NCBI GenBank assembly: GCA_037447095.1
Contig: JBBIHI010000001.1
Location: forward strand, 1-38,798
From: Thiotrichaceae bacterium
GTDB taxonomy: Bacteria > Pseudomonadota > Gammaproteobacteria > Thiotrichales > Thiotrichaceae
Direction: 5' to 3'
Length of the DNA: 38,798 bases
A model generated the notes under the pieces. That model saw only the letters and a program-made list of their open reading frames with translations. It searched no databases and had not been told where the DNA came from. Positions 18,743 through 31,643 of this stretch are shown one piece after another. Position numbers and translations under genes: made by a program. Position 1 is the first letter of the stretch, and the number at the start of each line of letters is the position of its first letter.

Positions 18743-18756
18743 TTGCGTTTTATCAA
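18743..18756. promoter_or_regulatory. FNR-like box upstream of the Crp/Fnr gene
   Basis: Minus strand TTGAT-AAAA-CGCAA, centred about 61 nt upstream of the ATG. Confidence 0.6.
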
Positions 18757-18785
18757 GGGTGTAACGGGCGTGGGTTCAACAAAGA

Positions 18786-18810
18786 AAAAGCCCCGCATTG
18801 CGGGGCTTTT
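18786..18810. terminator. groEL terminator (bidirectional)
   Basis: AAAAGCCCCGC-ATT-GCGGGGCTTTT. Confidence 0.9.
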
Positions 18811-18834
18811 CCGGGTGCAAAGACTTGGGGACGA

Positions 18835-20490
<1,656 letters not shown>

Positions 20491-20518
20491 TCAAATCTGG
20501 TTCGGGTGGAGTCGGGGC

Positions 20519-20806
20519 TTAGCCAACAATGGCCAGCAGGTCTTCTTCGCGCATGATCATCAGCTCTTCACCATCAATCTTGACGGCTGTGCCAGCGTAT
20601 TTGCCGAACAACACCTTATCGCCCACTTTGACTTGCAGTGCCATGCGCTCACCGTTGTCAGCCATTTTGCCAGGGCCTACAGCCAGGATTTCACCACGGT
20701 CTGGTTTCTCGGTTGCATTATCAGGGATGATGATGCCGCTGGCGGTTTTACGTTCTTCTTCCATACGGCGTACAACAACGCGGTCATGCAAAGGACGGAT
20801 ATTCAT
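20519..20806 (-). CDS. groS: Co-chaperonin GroES
   Basis: [24 protein letters not shown]. Confidence 0.99.
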   Translation of the reverse strand: MNIRPLHDRVVVRRMEEERKTASGIIIPDNATEKPDRGEILAVGPGKMADNGERMALQVKVGDKVLFGKYAGTAVKIDGEELMIMREEDLLAIVG

Positions 20807-20858
20807 AGTTGAAATTGCTCCTTAAACCATTCAGGTTGATCAATTCAGGGTTCATCTG

Positions 20859-20885
20859 TTAGCACTCTCGGCTAGTGAGTGCCAA
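20859..20885. promoter_or_regulatory. CIRCE element (HrcA operator)
   Basis: TTAGCACTC-N9-GAGTGCCAA, 1 mismatch from consensus, upstream of groES. Confidence 0.92.
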
Positions 20886-20886
20886 T

Positions 20887-20915
20887 GATAAGGTCGGGTT
20901 GGGTAAAGTCAAGGG
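20887..20915 (-). promoter_or_regulatory. Putative sigma32-type groESL promoter
   Basis: Minus strand CCCTTGAC...CCTTATC immediately upstream of CIRCE; resembles CTTGAA-N13/14-CCCCAT. Confidence 0.5.
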
Positions 20916-20949
20916 CGGGCAACTGAATTTTTTATCCGCACTATCGCCA

Positions 20950-21432
20950 TCAACTATCAGTGCCATCCCCACGCCCCACCACTTCCCCTTCAATATCACG
21001 GTACTGCCTCGTGGATGATGCTGGCTGGCGGAACACGGTAGATTCATAATGCGTAGTGCGGGTTTGTACAAACACCTGGCTACGGCTCAGCAGGACTTTC
21101 AGGATCAGTTTGCGTGACAAGGGGAACAGGCATAAAAAGCCCATTGCGTCGGTGAAAAAACCGGGCGTCATCAACAAGACCCCACCGACCAGCAAAACCA
21201 TCCCTTCCAGGATTTCATTTGCCGGAAGCTGGCCGTTGTGCAGGTTCTGCTGGAAACGTGCCAGCGTCGCCAAGCCTTGCTGACGGAGCATGAATGCCCC
21301 CAACACAGCCGTCAGTACCACCAGCAAAATGGTCGGGAAAGCACCGATAATTCCCCCGACCTTGATCAATAACCAGATTTCAATGAACGGGAGAACCAGA
21401 AACAGGACAGCAAAAATGGGAAAAACAGGCAT
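20950..21432 (-). CDS. fxsA: FxsA family membrane protein
   Basis: PFIEIWLLIKVG, LRQQG, GGVLLMTPGFFTDAMG and C-terminal DIEGEV; usual neighbour of groES. Confidence 0.95.
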   Translation of the reverse strand: MPVFPIFAVLFLVLPFIEIWLLIKVGGIIGAFPTILLVVLTAVLGAFMLRQQGLATLARFQQNLHNGQLPANEILEGMVLLVGGVLLMTPGFFTDAMGFLCLFPLSRKLILKVLLSRSQVFVQTRTTHYESTVFRQPASSTRQYRDIEGEVVGRGDGTDS

Positions 21433-21508
21433 CGGGCTTCACCACGGCAACAAGCAATATACCCGTATATTGCCCCTCCACACGGATTTTTCAAGCCTGA
21501 ATCAAGAA

Positions 21509-23485
21509 TCAGACGGCAATGGAACCGATGTTCCCCGGTTGCTTTTCACACAATTGTGCCAGTGGTACCGGACGTCCGCAGTAATAGCCCTGTGCGAAAT
21601 CCACCCCGATTTCGCGTAACTGCCGCATGGTCTGGGCATCTTCAACCAGTTCTGCAATGGTCAGCAAATTCATGACCTGCCCAACATCGCGCACCGCCTT
21701 GACCATCGCTGCATCAACCGGATTGGTGACGAGATTGTGGACAAAATTCCCGTCAATTTTCAGGTAACTCAGCGGCAGTTCCCGCAAGTAGTTCAAGGAT
21801 GAAAAACCACTGCCAAAATCATCCAGCACCAGACGGCACCCCAAACCATGCAAGGCATTCATCAACCGTTTGGCATGGACAAAATGGCTGATGGCAACTG
21901 ATTCGGATATTTCAAAGCAAATGATTCCTGGATTGATATTGACCAGTTTGACCTGCTGCTCCACATAAGCGAAGAACTCAGGATCCTGCACCGAATGGGC
22001 GGACAGGTTAATCATCAGACGGGGCATTGTCCCCGACGCCGCAGAGCAGCACGTCGTCAGCATTTCCAGTGCCTTACGGATAATCCAGCGGTCTATCCCT
22101 GCCATCAAATCCAGCCGCCCGGCCATCGGCAGGAAGCTTCCAGGACTTAACAAAGCCTGACGGAACGGCAGGCGCAGTAAAACCTCATACTGCCTCGGGG
22201 TATCCGCGTGCTGGTCGGAAAGGGGGAGTATCGGCTGAATGAACAGCATGAAACGGTCTTCACGCATTGCATCACGCAGCAGTTTGCTCCAGTCATGAAC
22301 CCGTTGGCTGGATTCAGGAACCAGTGGCTCCTGTTCATTGGCGTGGACAAACACCTGGTTACGCCCCAATGCCTTCGCGGTATAACAGGCACGGTCTGCA
22401 TCAGCAAAAAGCTGCTTGATTTGCAAATGGGCGGCAGGCATGAATTCCAGCAAGCCAATACTGGCACCAATGGAAAACACCTTGCCTTCCCAACTGAAAC
22501 GGAAATTGCGGATTTCCGTCAAAACCGCCTCCATAATGCTGCGCCCTTTCTCAAGGCCGCAACCTTCCAGGAACACCGCAAATTCATCCCCACCAATACG
22601 CGCAACCTTGTCCGATGTCCGTACAGAGTGACGGAATATCTGTGCAACCTGTTTCAGCAATTCATCACCGGCCAAATGCCCGCAGGTATCATTAATCGTT
22701 TTAAAATTATCCAGATCAACGCTGGCAAGCACATGGGTACGCAGCAAACTGGACGTATCATGCGCCAATTGCTCAACATACTGCTCAAAGCTGCTACGGT
22801 TCATCAAATCGGTCAGCGCATCCCGTGATGCTTGTCGGTAAAGCCGGTTGATGATCTTACGGTCTGCGGTCACATCCCTGAAAATGAACACAATGGCCTT
22901 GCAATCATTCAGTATGCAGGTCGTATGCAACTCGACAAAACGCGGATCACCAATACGGGGAAACAATTTGACCTGACCAAATTGCAGCGGATGCCCTGGG
23001 TGCACACGGTGCGCTTCAAACGCACGCTCCAATAATGAATTCCCCTGCAAGTCTTCCAGTTTCAGTATGTCACCAACATTTTCGCCAACAGCCTTCTCAC
23101 GTGACCAGAGCAACAGCTTTTCCGCACTGGAATTCATATAACTGATCTGGCCTTTGGGTGTGACCACCATGACACCACCTGCCAGTGCATCCAGCACCCA
23201 CTCGGTATTGACCTGCTCTGAACCGGAATCAGTATCAAAACGCCCTGCACCCTCAGCTTTCCCTGTCTCCCGGAGGCTGGTGCGAACATAGGAAAAAAGC
23301 AATAAACCTTGCAGGGTAATCATACCCAGCAACAGGTATAGCATCGACTGTGCGGAAAACGACACATCACCTGTATCCCCGCCCGATACCTGAAGCTCCC
23401 CATTGAGCCATCCCCAGACCAGAGCAAAAATCAGTCCCGACAGTGATAAAACAGGAACTGCGAAACGCATTGGATTCCCCTGCAT
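21509..23485 (-). CDS. Membrane-anchored PAS-GGDEF-EAL diguanylate cyclase/phosphodiesterase
   Basis: Two N-terminal TM segments, a PAS domain, DLDNFKTINDTCGHLAGD, RIGGDEF, YEVLLR, DDFGSGFSS, LKIDG, AQGY. Confidence 0.93.
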   Translation of the reverse strand: MQGNPMRFAVPVLSLSGLIFALVWGWLNGELQVSGGDTGDVSFSAQSMLYLLLGMITLQGLLLFSYVRTSLRETGKAEGAGRFDTDSGSEQVNTEWVLDALAGGVMVVTPKGQISYMNSSAEKLLLWSREKAVGENVGDILKLEDLQGNSLLERAFEAHRVHPGHPLQFGQVKLFPRIGDPRFVELHTTCILNDCKAIVFIFRDVTADRKIINRLYRQASRDALTDLMNRSSFEQYVEQLAHDTSSLLRTHVLASVDLDNFKTINDTCGHLAGDELLKQVAQIFRHSVRTSDKVARIGGDEFAVFLEGCGLEKGRSIMEAVLTEIRNFRFSWEGKVFSIGASIGLLEFMPAAHLQIKQLFADADRACYTAKALGRNQVFVHANEQEPLVPESSQRVHDWSKLLRDAMREDRFMLFIQPILPLSDQHADTPRQYEVLLRLPFRQALLSPGSFLPMAGRLDLMAGIDRWIIRKALEMLTTCCSAASGTMPRLMINLSAHSVQDPEFFAYVEQQVKLVNINPGIICFEISESVAISHFVHAKRLMNALHGLGCRLVLDDFGSGFSSLNYLRELPLSYLKIDGNFVHNLVTNPVDAAMVKAVRDVGQVMNLLTIAELVEDAQTMRQLREIGVDFAQGYYCGRPVPLAQLCEKQPGNIGSIAV

Positions 23486-23661
23486 AGATGACCATTATTG
23501 TTTTGATTACAGATTTTTCCCAATTATAAGCAAGTCCTTGATACAAGGCTAGGCCGTTTGTCTGATATAAAATGAACCCCAACCAAACCACCCTGGGCGG
23601 ACATTCAACAGGCCAATCCATAAAATATTTAAAACATTAAGTAAATATTAAAGAACTGCTC

Positions 23662-23689
23662 TTGACAATAATGAAAAGCAAAATAAAAT
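23662..23689 (+). promoter_or_regulatory. sigma70 promoter of hns
   Basis: TTGACA-N16-TAAAAT with an AT-rich upstream region. Confidence 0.7.
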
Positions 23690-23741
23690 ACAGGTCATCG
23701 TATTACTGTTCAACCCATAACATAAAGGATAGGTACTTACC

Positions 23742-24059
23742 GTGGCTAATGTTGATATATCCAACCTGAGCGTTTCAGAACTTGAAGCATTAAAAGGCAG
23801 CATCGAAAATGTAATCGTTGGCCGCCGTCAATCCGAACTGGTTAGCCTGCGTGCTACTTTTGAAGAAATGGCAGAAAATGCCGGTTTTACACTTGAAGAA
23901 GTCATGCAGGCAACTACCAGTAAAAAGCGTACTGTAGCGGCCAAATACCAGAACCCTGATGATGCAGCACAAACTTGGAGTGGGCGTGGCAGAAAACCAC
24001 GCTGGGTTGAAGACCTGATCGCTTCTGGTGGCAGCCTGGATAATTGTCTGATTGACTGA
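23742..24059 (+). CDS. hns: H-NS family nucleoid-associated protein
   Basis: KYQNPDDAAQTWSGRGRKPRW DNA-binding motif. Confidence 0.93.
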   Translation: MANVDISNLSVSELEALKGSIENVIVGRRQSELVSLRATFEEMAENAGFTLEEVMQATTSKKRTVAAKYQNPDDAAQTWSGRGRKPRWVEDLIASGGSLDNCLID

Positions 24060-24080
24060 TAATTCATAACATCAAACAAC

Positions 24081-24112
24081 AAAAAAGGGTCTGCATAGTC
24101 AGACCCTTTTTT
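24081..24112. terminator. hns terminator (bidirectional)
   Basis: AAAAAAGGGTCTG-CATAGT-CAGACCCTTTTTT. Confidence 0.9.
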
Positions 24113-24367
24113 GTTATTCCGGTACACTTGATATGTTGCAAAAAAACAACCTTGTTGCAGGAGGAACAACAAAATTATGTTGCGTAACAGCAACCTTAAC
24201 CGGTGATACAGGAAAAAATACCCAAGATGCGAAGATGTTTTGCTGATCACTGCCATTTAATCTACTATTAGCCGTGCCCAATAAATCACGGACAGATAGG
24301 ATGGCATATCTGCCCGGCTGGTTTGTCTGGCCACACCTTTAGGATGGACACAAGAGAGCACCCGAGA

Positions 24368-26683
24368 ATGAAGAAACTGTTCTGCTTTCTGCTTATGCTT
24401 GCAAGCCTGCAAGCCCATGCAACCGAGCAGGAAAAGCCCGCCTTCCTGGCGCCCGATCAGGCGTTCCAGTTCAAGGCAGAAGCCGTATCCCCTTCCATGG
24501 TCAAAGCCTCATGGGATATAGCAGAGGGACACTACCTTTCCCGTGAACAGTTCAAGTTTGAGACCGAAACCAGCGGGGTAAGCCTTTCGCCCGCCCAGTT
24601 TCCGCCTGGGGTAAGCAAAGAGGACGCGGCAACCCAAAGCAAGCATGAGGTTTACCGCAAACATGTGGACATCAACATCCCGGTTGAGCGCGGGCAGACC
24701 AGCGCACAGGCTGTCCAGCTTGCCCTCAAGGTAAAATATCAGGGCTGTTCGGATAACGGGCTTTGCCTGCCCCCTATCCGTAAAACCGCCGATTTACAGC
24801 TTGCAGCCATCGACGCTGCACCCAAAACGGCTGTTGCCGAGGCGGCCACCCCAGCAGAAACCCCCACGCCAGCACCAACCACCCAGCCCTCCTCCTCCAG
24901 CAGTATACTCCCGAACATATTCCAGAAGCCCCAGGCAGACGAACAGGGCAAACCACTACCGGTTGATGAGGCTTTTGCCTTTGACATGACGGCGGTCAAT
25001 CAGGGAATCCTGGATGCCCACTGGGCTATCCAGCCGGGTCATCATCTGTATAAACCCAAAATCACCTTTTCAGTTAAATCACCGCAAGGCGTTACGCTGG
25101 GGAAGCCTGTCTTCCCGACTGGACAGCAGGTTGATGATGAATACTTTGGAAAAATAGAAGTATTCAGCGATGATATTCATGTCCGGGTTCCTATCCTGCA
25201 AACAGGTGATCTGGAAAAAATCATTGTCACCACCCAATATCAGGGTTGCTCGGATACCACTGGCACATGTTATACGCCAGTCAAAAAAGACAATGAAATA
25301 AAACTGGCTGGTTTGCCTGCGGCGGATACCAGCAATATGGAAGAGGTTGCGGCTGCCCCGCAAAAACTGAATAAACAGGATGCACTGGCACAAAAGCTGG
25401 AAGGCAGTAACTTCTTCCAGAAAATCCTCATCATGTTTATGGCCGGTTTGCTGCTGGCATTTACCCCATGCATTTTCCCGATGATCCCGATCCTTTCCGG
25501 GATTATCGCTGGTTATGGCAATACATCTTCACGTAAGGCTTTCTTCCTGTCATTAACCTATGTGTGGGCAGGCGCAACCGCCTACGCCCTGATTGGTTTT
25601 GTATTCGGTTTCTTCGGCCAGAATCTGCAAACTGTCCTGCAACACCCGATTGCCATTGGATTGATGAGCGTGCTGTTTGTCCTGCTGGCCCTGTCCATGT
25701 TCGGATTTTACGACCTGCAACTGCCCAACAGCCTGCAAAGCCGCCTCAGCGAGATCAGTAACAAGCAGGAAAGCGGCAGTTTTATCGGTGCTGCCATCAT
25801 GGGTTTCCTCTCTACCCTGATCGTTGGCCCTTGCGCAGGCCCGGTCATTGCCGGAGCACTGACCTATATCGCACAAAGCAAGGACGCCCTGTTAGGGGCT
25901 ACCGCCCTGTTCTCGATGGGGGTAGGGATTGGCGTACCATTACTGTTGATTGGCATGTCTGCCGGACACCTGTTGCCGCGTGCCGGGGCATGGATGGATA
26001 CTGTCAAGGCCGTATTCGGCATCATCATGCTGGGCATTGCCATCTACATGCTGAGCCGGATCGTTCCCCCTGAAATCACCATGGCCCTGACCGGCATCCT
26101 GCTGGTGTCGTCCGGCGTCTATATGGGGGCATTGGAGAAAACCAGTGAAGAAGCTGGTGGCTGGGGACGCTTCTGGAAAAGCACCGGCATGATCCAGCTC
26201 TTCTACGGTGGGCTAATCCTGCTGGGTCTGGCGGCAGGCAGCCAGAACCTGCTGCAACCGCTGAAAGGGGTTTTTGCGGTCAGTGCCGGTGAACATGCAG
26301 AAACGGGTATCCATTTCCAGCGCATCAAAGGTGTTGCAGGGCTGGATGCCGCGCTGGAACAAGCCAAAGCACAGAACCGCCCGGTCATGCTTGATTTCAC
26401 CGCAAGCTGGTGCACGTATTGTCAGGGCATGGAAAAAACCACCTTCAAAAGCCCTGAGGTTGCCAGCGCGATGGGCAATACCTTGTTCATCCAGGCCGAC
26501 GTTTCCAAAAATGATGACGATGATCTGGAGCTGGAAAAGCGCTTTGGCGTTACAGGCCCGCCAGCCCTAGTCTTCTTCTCTGCCCAAGGGAAGGAACTGC
26601 GTTCACAGCGCCTGATTGGCAATGTGACACCTGAACAGTTGACCGCCCAGGCAGAAGACTTCCTCGCGGAAGCAGCAAAATAA
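24368..26683 (+). CDS. dsbD: Thiol:disulfide interchange protein DsbD with duplicated N-terminal (alpha) domain
   Basis: Signal peptide MKKLFCFLLMLASLQAHA; QGCSDNGLCLPP and QGCSDTTGTCYTP; TM domain FTPCIFPM / GPCAGP; thioredoxin WCTYC. Confidence 0.94.
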   Translation: MKKLFCFLLMLASLQAHATEQEKPAFLAPDQAFQFKAEAVSPSMVKASWDIAEGHYLSREQFKFETETSGVSLSPAQFPPGVSKEDAATQSKHEVYRKHVDINIPVERGQTSAQAVQLALKVKYQGCSDNGLCLPPIRKTADLQLAAIDAAPKTAVAEAATPAETPTPAPTTQPSSSSSILPNIFQKPQADEQGKPLPVDEAFAFDMTAVNQGILDAHWAIQPGHHLYKPKITFSVKSPQGVTLGKPVFPTGQQVDDEYFGKIEVFSDDIHVRVPILQTGDLEKIIVTTQYQGCSDTTGTCYTPVKKDNEIKLAGLPAADTSNMEEVAAAPQKLNKQDALAQKLEGSNFFQKILIMFMAGLLLAFTPCIFPMIPILSGIIAGYGNTSSRKAFFLSLTYVWAGATAYALIGFVFGFFGQNLQTVLQHPIAIGLMSVLFVLLALSMFGFYDLQLPNSLQSRLSEISNKQESGSFIGAAIMGFLSTLIVGPCAGPVIAGALTYIAQSKDALLGATALFSMGVGIGVPLLLIGMSAGHLLPRAGAWMDTVKAVFGIIMLGIAIYMLSRIVPPEITMALTGILLVSSGVYMGALEKTSEEAGGWGRFWKSTGMIQLFYGGLILLGLAAGSQNLLQPLKGVFAVSAGEHAETGIHFQRIKGVAGLDAALEQAKAQNRPVMLDFTASWCTYCQGMEKTTFKSPEVASAMGNTLFIQADVSKNDDDDLELEKRFGVTGPPALVFFSAQGKELRSQRLIGNVTPEQLTAQAEDFLAEAAK

Positions 26684-26693
26684 CGCACATAAC

Positions 26694-26723
26694 AAAAGCC
26701 CCGGCAGTACCGGGGCTTTTTTT
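26694..26723. terminator. Bidirectional terminator between dsbD and proA
   Basis: AAAAGCCCCGG-CAGTA-CCGGGGCTTTTTTT between convergent genes. Confidence 0.9.
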
Positions 26724-26738
26724 CATACAGCACACGCC

Positions 26739-27995
26739 TTATTGGCGGATATGCCCATCCCCCAGTACGATGAATTTTTGGGTTGTCAGCCCTTCCAGCC
26801 CTACCGGACCACGTGCGTGAAGCTTGTCGGTACTGATACCAATCTCCGCACCAAACCCGTATTCAAAGCCATCCGCAAAACGGGTGGAAGCATTTACCAT
26901 CACCGAACTGGAATCCACTTCACGCAGGAATGCCCGCGCCCTGGTGTAATTCTCGGTAATGATCGCATCCGTATGGTGTGAACCGTAATGGTTAATATGG
27001 GTAATGGCCGCTGCCATATCCGGTACAACGCTGATGGAAAGGATCGGGGCAAGGTATTCGGTCGACCAATCCTCTTCCGTGGCAGGGACACAGGCGGGCA
27101 GGATGGCACGGGTCTTTTCGCAGCCACGCAGCTCCACACCTTTGGCTGCATATTCTTCTGCCAATGGCGGCAATACTGCTGATGCAATCCCTTCCGCAAC
27201 CAGCAGCGTTTCCATCGCATTGCACACACCGTAACGGTGGGTTTTGGCATTCATCGCCACCTTGATAGCCTTGCCAATATCCGCCTGATCGTCGATGTAG
27301 ACGTGGCAAATACCATCCAGATGCTTGATCACCGGAATCCGTGATTCTGCACTGACACGCTCAATCAAGCCCTTTCCGCCGCGTGGGACAATCACATCCA
27401 CGTACTGCGGCATCCGCAACAACTCACCCACCGCAGCCCGGTCGGTCGTTTCCACGACCTGTACACAAGTCGCAGGCAAACTGGCGGCTTCCAGCCCTTC
27501 CTGCACACAGGCGGCGATGGCCTGGTTGGAATGGATGGCCTCGGAACCGCCGCGCAGGATCGAGGCATTACCGGATTTCAGGCACAAAGCTGCCGCATCC
27601 ACCGTCACATTCGGACGGGATTCGTAAATGATCCCGACCACACCCAGGGGAACCCGCATCCGTCCTACCTGAATACCGGAGGGGCGATAATTCATGTCGG
27701 TAATGGTTCCCACCGGATCGGCCAGTGTGGCCACCTGGCGCACACCCTCTGCCATTCCGGCAATGGTTTTATCACTGACGGTCAAGCGGTCAAGCATGGC
27801 GGCATCCAGCCCTTTTTCCCGACCTGCTGCCAAATCCCTGGCGTTTTCGGCCTTGAGCCATTCGGCACGCGCCAGCAAGGCATCCGCTATTTTCAACAGG
27901 GCATTGTTTTTAACACTGGTTTCCGTATTTGCCAGGGTTTGCGCGGCCTGTTTTGCCCGCTGCCCGATACCCTGCATATAACCCATCATATCCAA
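26739..27995 (-). CDS. proA: Gamma-glutamyl phosphate reductase
   Basis: [50 protein letters not shown]. Start placed at the TTG after a GAGGA RBS (uncertain). Confidence 0.97.
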   Translation of the reverse strand: MDMMGYMQGIGQRAKQAAQTLANTETSVKNNALLKIADALLARAEWLKAENARDLAAGREKGLDAAMLDRLTVSDKTIAGMAEGVRQVATLADPVGTITDMNYRPSGIQVGRMRVPLGVVGIIYESRPNVTVDAAALCLKSGNASILRGGSEAIHSNQAIAACVQEGLEAASLPATCVQVVETTDRAAVGELLRMPQYVDVIVPRGGKGLIERVSAESRIPVIKHLDGICHVYIDDQADIGKAIKVAMNAKTHRYGVCNAMETLLVAEGIASAVLPPLAEEYAAKGVELRGCEKTRAILPACVPATEEDWSTEYLAPILSISVVPDMAAAITHINHYGSHHTDAIITENYTRARAFLREVDSSSVMVNASTRFADGFEYGFGAEIGISTDKLHARGPVGLEGLTTQKFIVLGDGHIRQ

Positions 27996-28107
27996 GCTGT
28001 GTTTCCTCATGATTCCTGATCCATTTGCGGTGCATGATAGCATGGCAAGTGACTTGTTCAGCGTTTTCTGCTACAACTACGCCATTTTCCGCTGAGGCTA
28101 CAAGACA

Positions 28108-29809
<1,702 letters not shown>

Positions 29810-29812
29810 CCC

Positions 29813-30970
29813 ATGTCAGGCATGTTTGGCGACATCAGCATTGAAGTATTCCTGCGGGATTATTGGCAGAAGAAACCCTTATTGATCCGGCAGGCATTCC
29901 CCGGATTTGAATCGCCCATCACCCCGGACGAACTTGCCGGATTAGCCTGCGAAACGGACACCGCCCGGATTGTCCTTGAAAAAGGCGGGAAATATCCGTG
30001 GGAAGTCCGGCATGGCGCATTTGACGATGGTGATTTTGCCCATTTGCCGGAAACACACTGGACGCTGCTGGTTAATGACACAGACCAGCATTTACCAGAA
30101 CTGAAGGCAGTCATGGAACCTTTCCGGTTTATTCCCGATTGGCGTATAGACGACCTGATGATCAGTTTCGCGGTGGAAGGTGGTTCCGTTGGCCCGCATG
30201 TGGATGAATACGATGTCTTTCTGATTCAGGCACAAGGGCAAAGACGGTGGCAAATCACCACCCAGCCTGCCCACCCGAATAACTTCCTGCCTGACCTGGA
30301 ATTGCGCATCATGAAAGACTTCCAGCCGGAACAGGAATGGGTCGTCAATCCCGGTGATCTACTATACCTCCCCCCCAATGTGCCGCATTATGGGGTGGCA
30401 CTGAATGAATGCATGACCTACTCAGTGGGTTTCCGTGCACCATCCCAGGCGGACATGCTGGAAAAACTGGTCGAAAACCTGTTGGAAGAACCGCGCCTGA
30501 AGCAGCGCTTCAGCGATGCAGACCGTGAACAGCAAGGTAATCCGGGGGAATTGACTGAAGCTGACATGGATCGGCTGATTGATTTCGTGCTGGATGCCCT
30601 CCCCCAGGATACCCATGCATTACAATTGTGGCTGGGCAAATACCTGAGTGAATCCAAAACCGGAATAACGGCTGATGGGGTCGAGGAAATCAGTAAAACC
30701 GAGTTTGCCCGCCTGTTAAAGAAGAAGACCGTTTTCGGTAAAACACTGGATGCACGTTTCCTTTATTTTACGTCAGCAGAAGATGTAAACCTCTTCATTA
30801 ATGGCAAACATTATCCGCTACCTCTCGATCAGCTTGACTTTGTTCGCCTGCTGTGCATGTCAAATATTTTTCATTATGACGACTACAAAGCCTTTACAGA
30901 GAAAAAAGAAGGCGTTGCATTGTTGTATGAACTGTTTCTTGATGATTTGATTTTCATCAATGAGAATTAA
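29813..30970 (+). CDS. roxA: JmjC/cupin-4 ribosomal protein uL16 arginine hydroxylase (YcfD/RoxA family)
   Basis: FLRDYWQKKPLLIRQ, FIPDWRIDDLMIS, GPHVDEYDVFLIQ (HxD), PGDLLYLPPNVPHYG, YSVGFRAP. Confidence 0.9.
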   Translation: MSGMFGDISIEVFLRDYWQKKPLLIRQAFPGFESPITPDELAGLACETDTARIVLEKGGKYPWEVRHGAFDDGDFAHLPETHWTLLVNDTDQHLPELKAVMEPFRFIPDWRIDDLMISFAVEGGSVGPHVDEYDVFLIQAQGQRRWQITTQPAHPNNFLPDLELRIMKDFQPEQEWVVNPGDLLYLPPNVPHYGVALNECMTYSVGFRAPSQADMLEKLVENLLEEPRLKQRFSDADREQQGNPGELTEADMDRLIDFVLDALPQDTHALQLWLGKYLSESKTGITADGVEEISKTEFARLLKKKTVFGKTLDARFLYFTSAEDVNLFINGKHYPLPLDQLDFVRLLCMSNIFHYDDYKAFTEKKEGVALLYELFLDDLIFINEN

Positions 30971-31014
30971 TTAATCAGCCCTGTGTGCAAGAGTTTCCCC
31001 TTGAAATCAAGCCC

Positions 31015-31031
31015 GTTCATCGAAAATTCAG
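31015..31031 (+). promoter_or_regulatory. Putative PhoP box
   Basis: Direct repeat GTTCAT-N5-ATTCAG with 11-bp period, followed 11 nt later by a TAGCAT -10-like hexamer. Confidence 0.5.
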
Positions 31032-31130
31032 GCTTGTATTATTAGCATTGGCTATAGGTGTCGGTGTTCTACTTATGATCAAAGAAAGACATCCAATTGC
31101 GTTTTTATTTTTAACAGGGGAATTTAAACC

Positions 31131-31430
31131 ATGGGTTGTAAAAAATCCATTATTGTTAGTGCGGGTACATTAATCACCAGCGCACTCATAACAATGACGT
31201 ATCCATCCATTGCACAAGCTGCAATAAACTACATATCAGGCGCTACGCCACTTACCTTATCCAGCGCCCAAAAAGCAGCAACGACTGCTGCAATAGGTAG
31301 TGGCAAACCCGAATCGACCATTACGGTACTGAAGTCAATGAAAACGGCTACCCCGGGATTTCCTGACTGTCATACGGTTAACCTGTTAGCTAACGGCGAG
31401 CTGATGACCTATAAAGTTAACTGTAGGTAA
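31131..31430 (+). CDS. Small exported protein upstream of phoPQ (PepSY-like by position and pattern)
   Basis: AGGGG RBS, signal peptide ending ..AQA, two C-terminal Cys, and its own terminator. Confidence 0.65.
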   Translation: MGCKKSIIVSAGTLITSALITMTYPSIAQAAINYISGATPLTLSSAQKAATTAAIGSGKPESTITVLKSMKTATPGFPDCHTVNLLANGELMTYKVNCR

Positions 31431-31470
31431 GCTAGCCAGCAAGGGCGGACAAGGTTCCATCCTATACCAG

Positions 31471-31509
31471 ATGCCCGCCCTCTTGCTTGACGGCGGGCAT
31501 TTTTTATTT
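31471..31509 (+). terminator. Intrinsic terminator after the small exported protein gene
   Basis: ATGCCCGCC...GGCGGGCAT followed by TTTTTATTT. Confidence 0.8.
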
Positions 31510-31643
31510 AACAGCCATACTTGGTGTTTTTTTATTCCTGATAAGTTAGTATAGCCAGCGGGCTGGCTTGTCTGAAATTAGCAACATAAGCACAGAAGGC
31601 AAGTTGGAGGAATCGGCTAACCTAACCAAGAAGAAGATAACCT

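Noticed and set aside
30985-31173. 62-aa ORF with a hydrophobic stretch after roxA
   Set aside because: No clear RBS; it overlaps the putative PhoP promoter and the start of the better-supported 31131-31430 gene.
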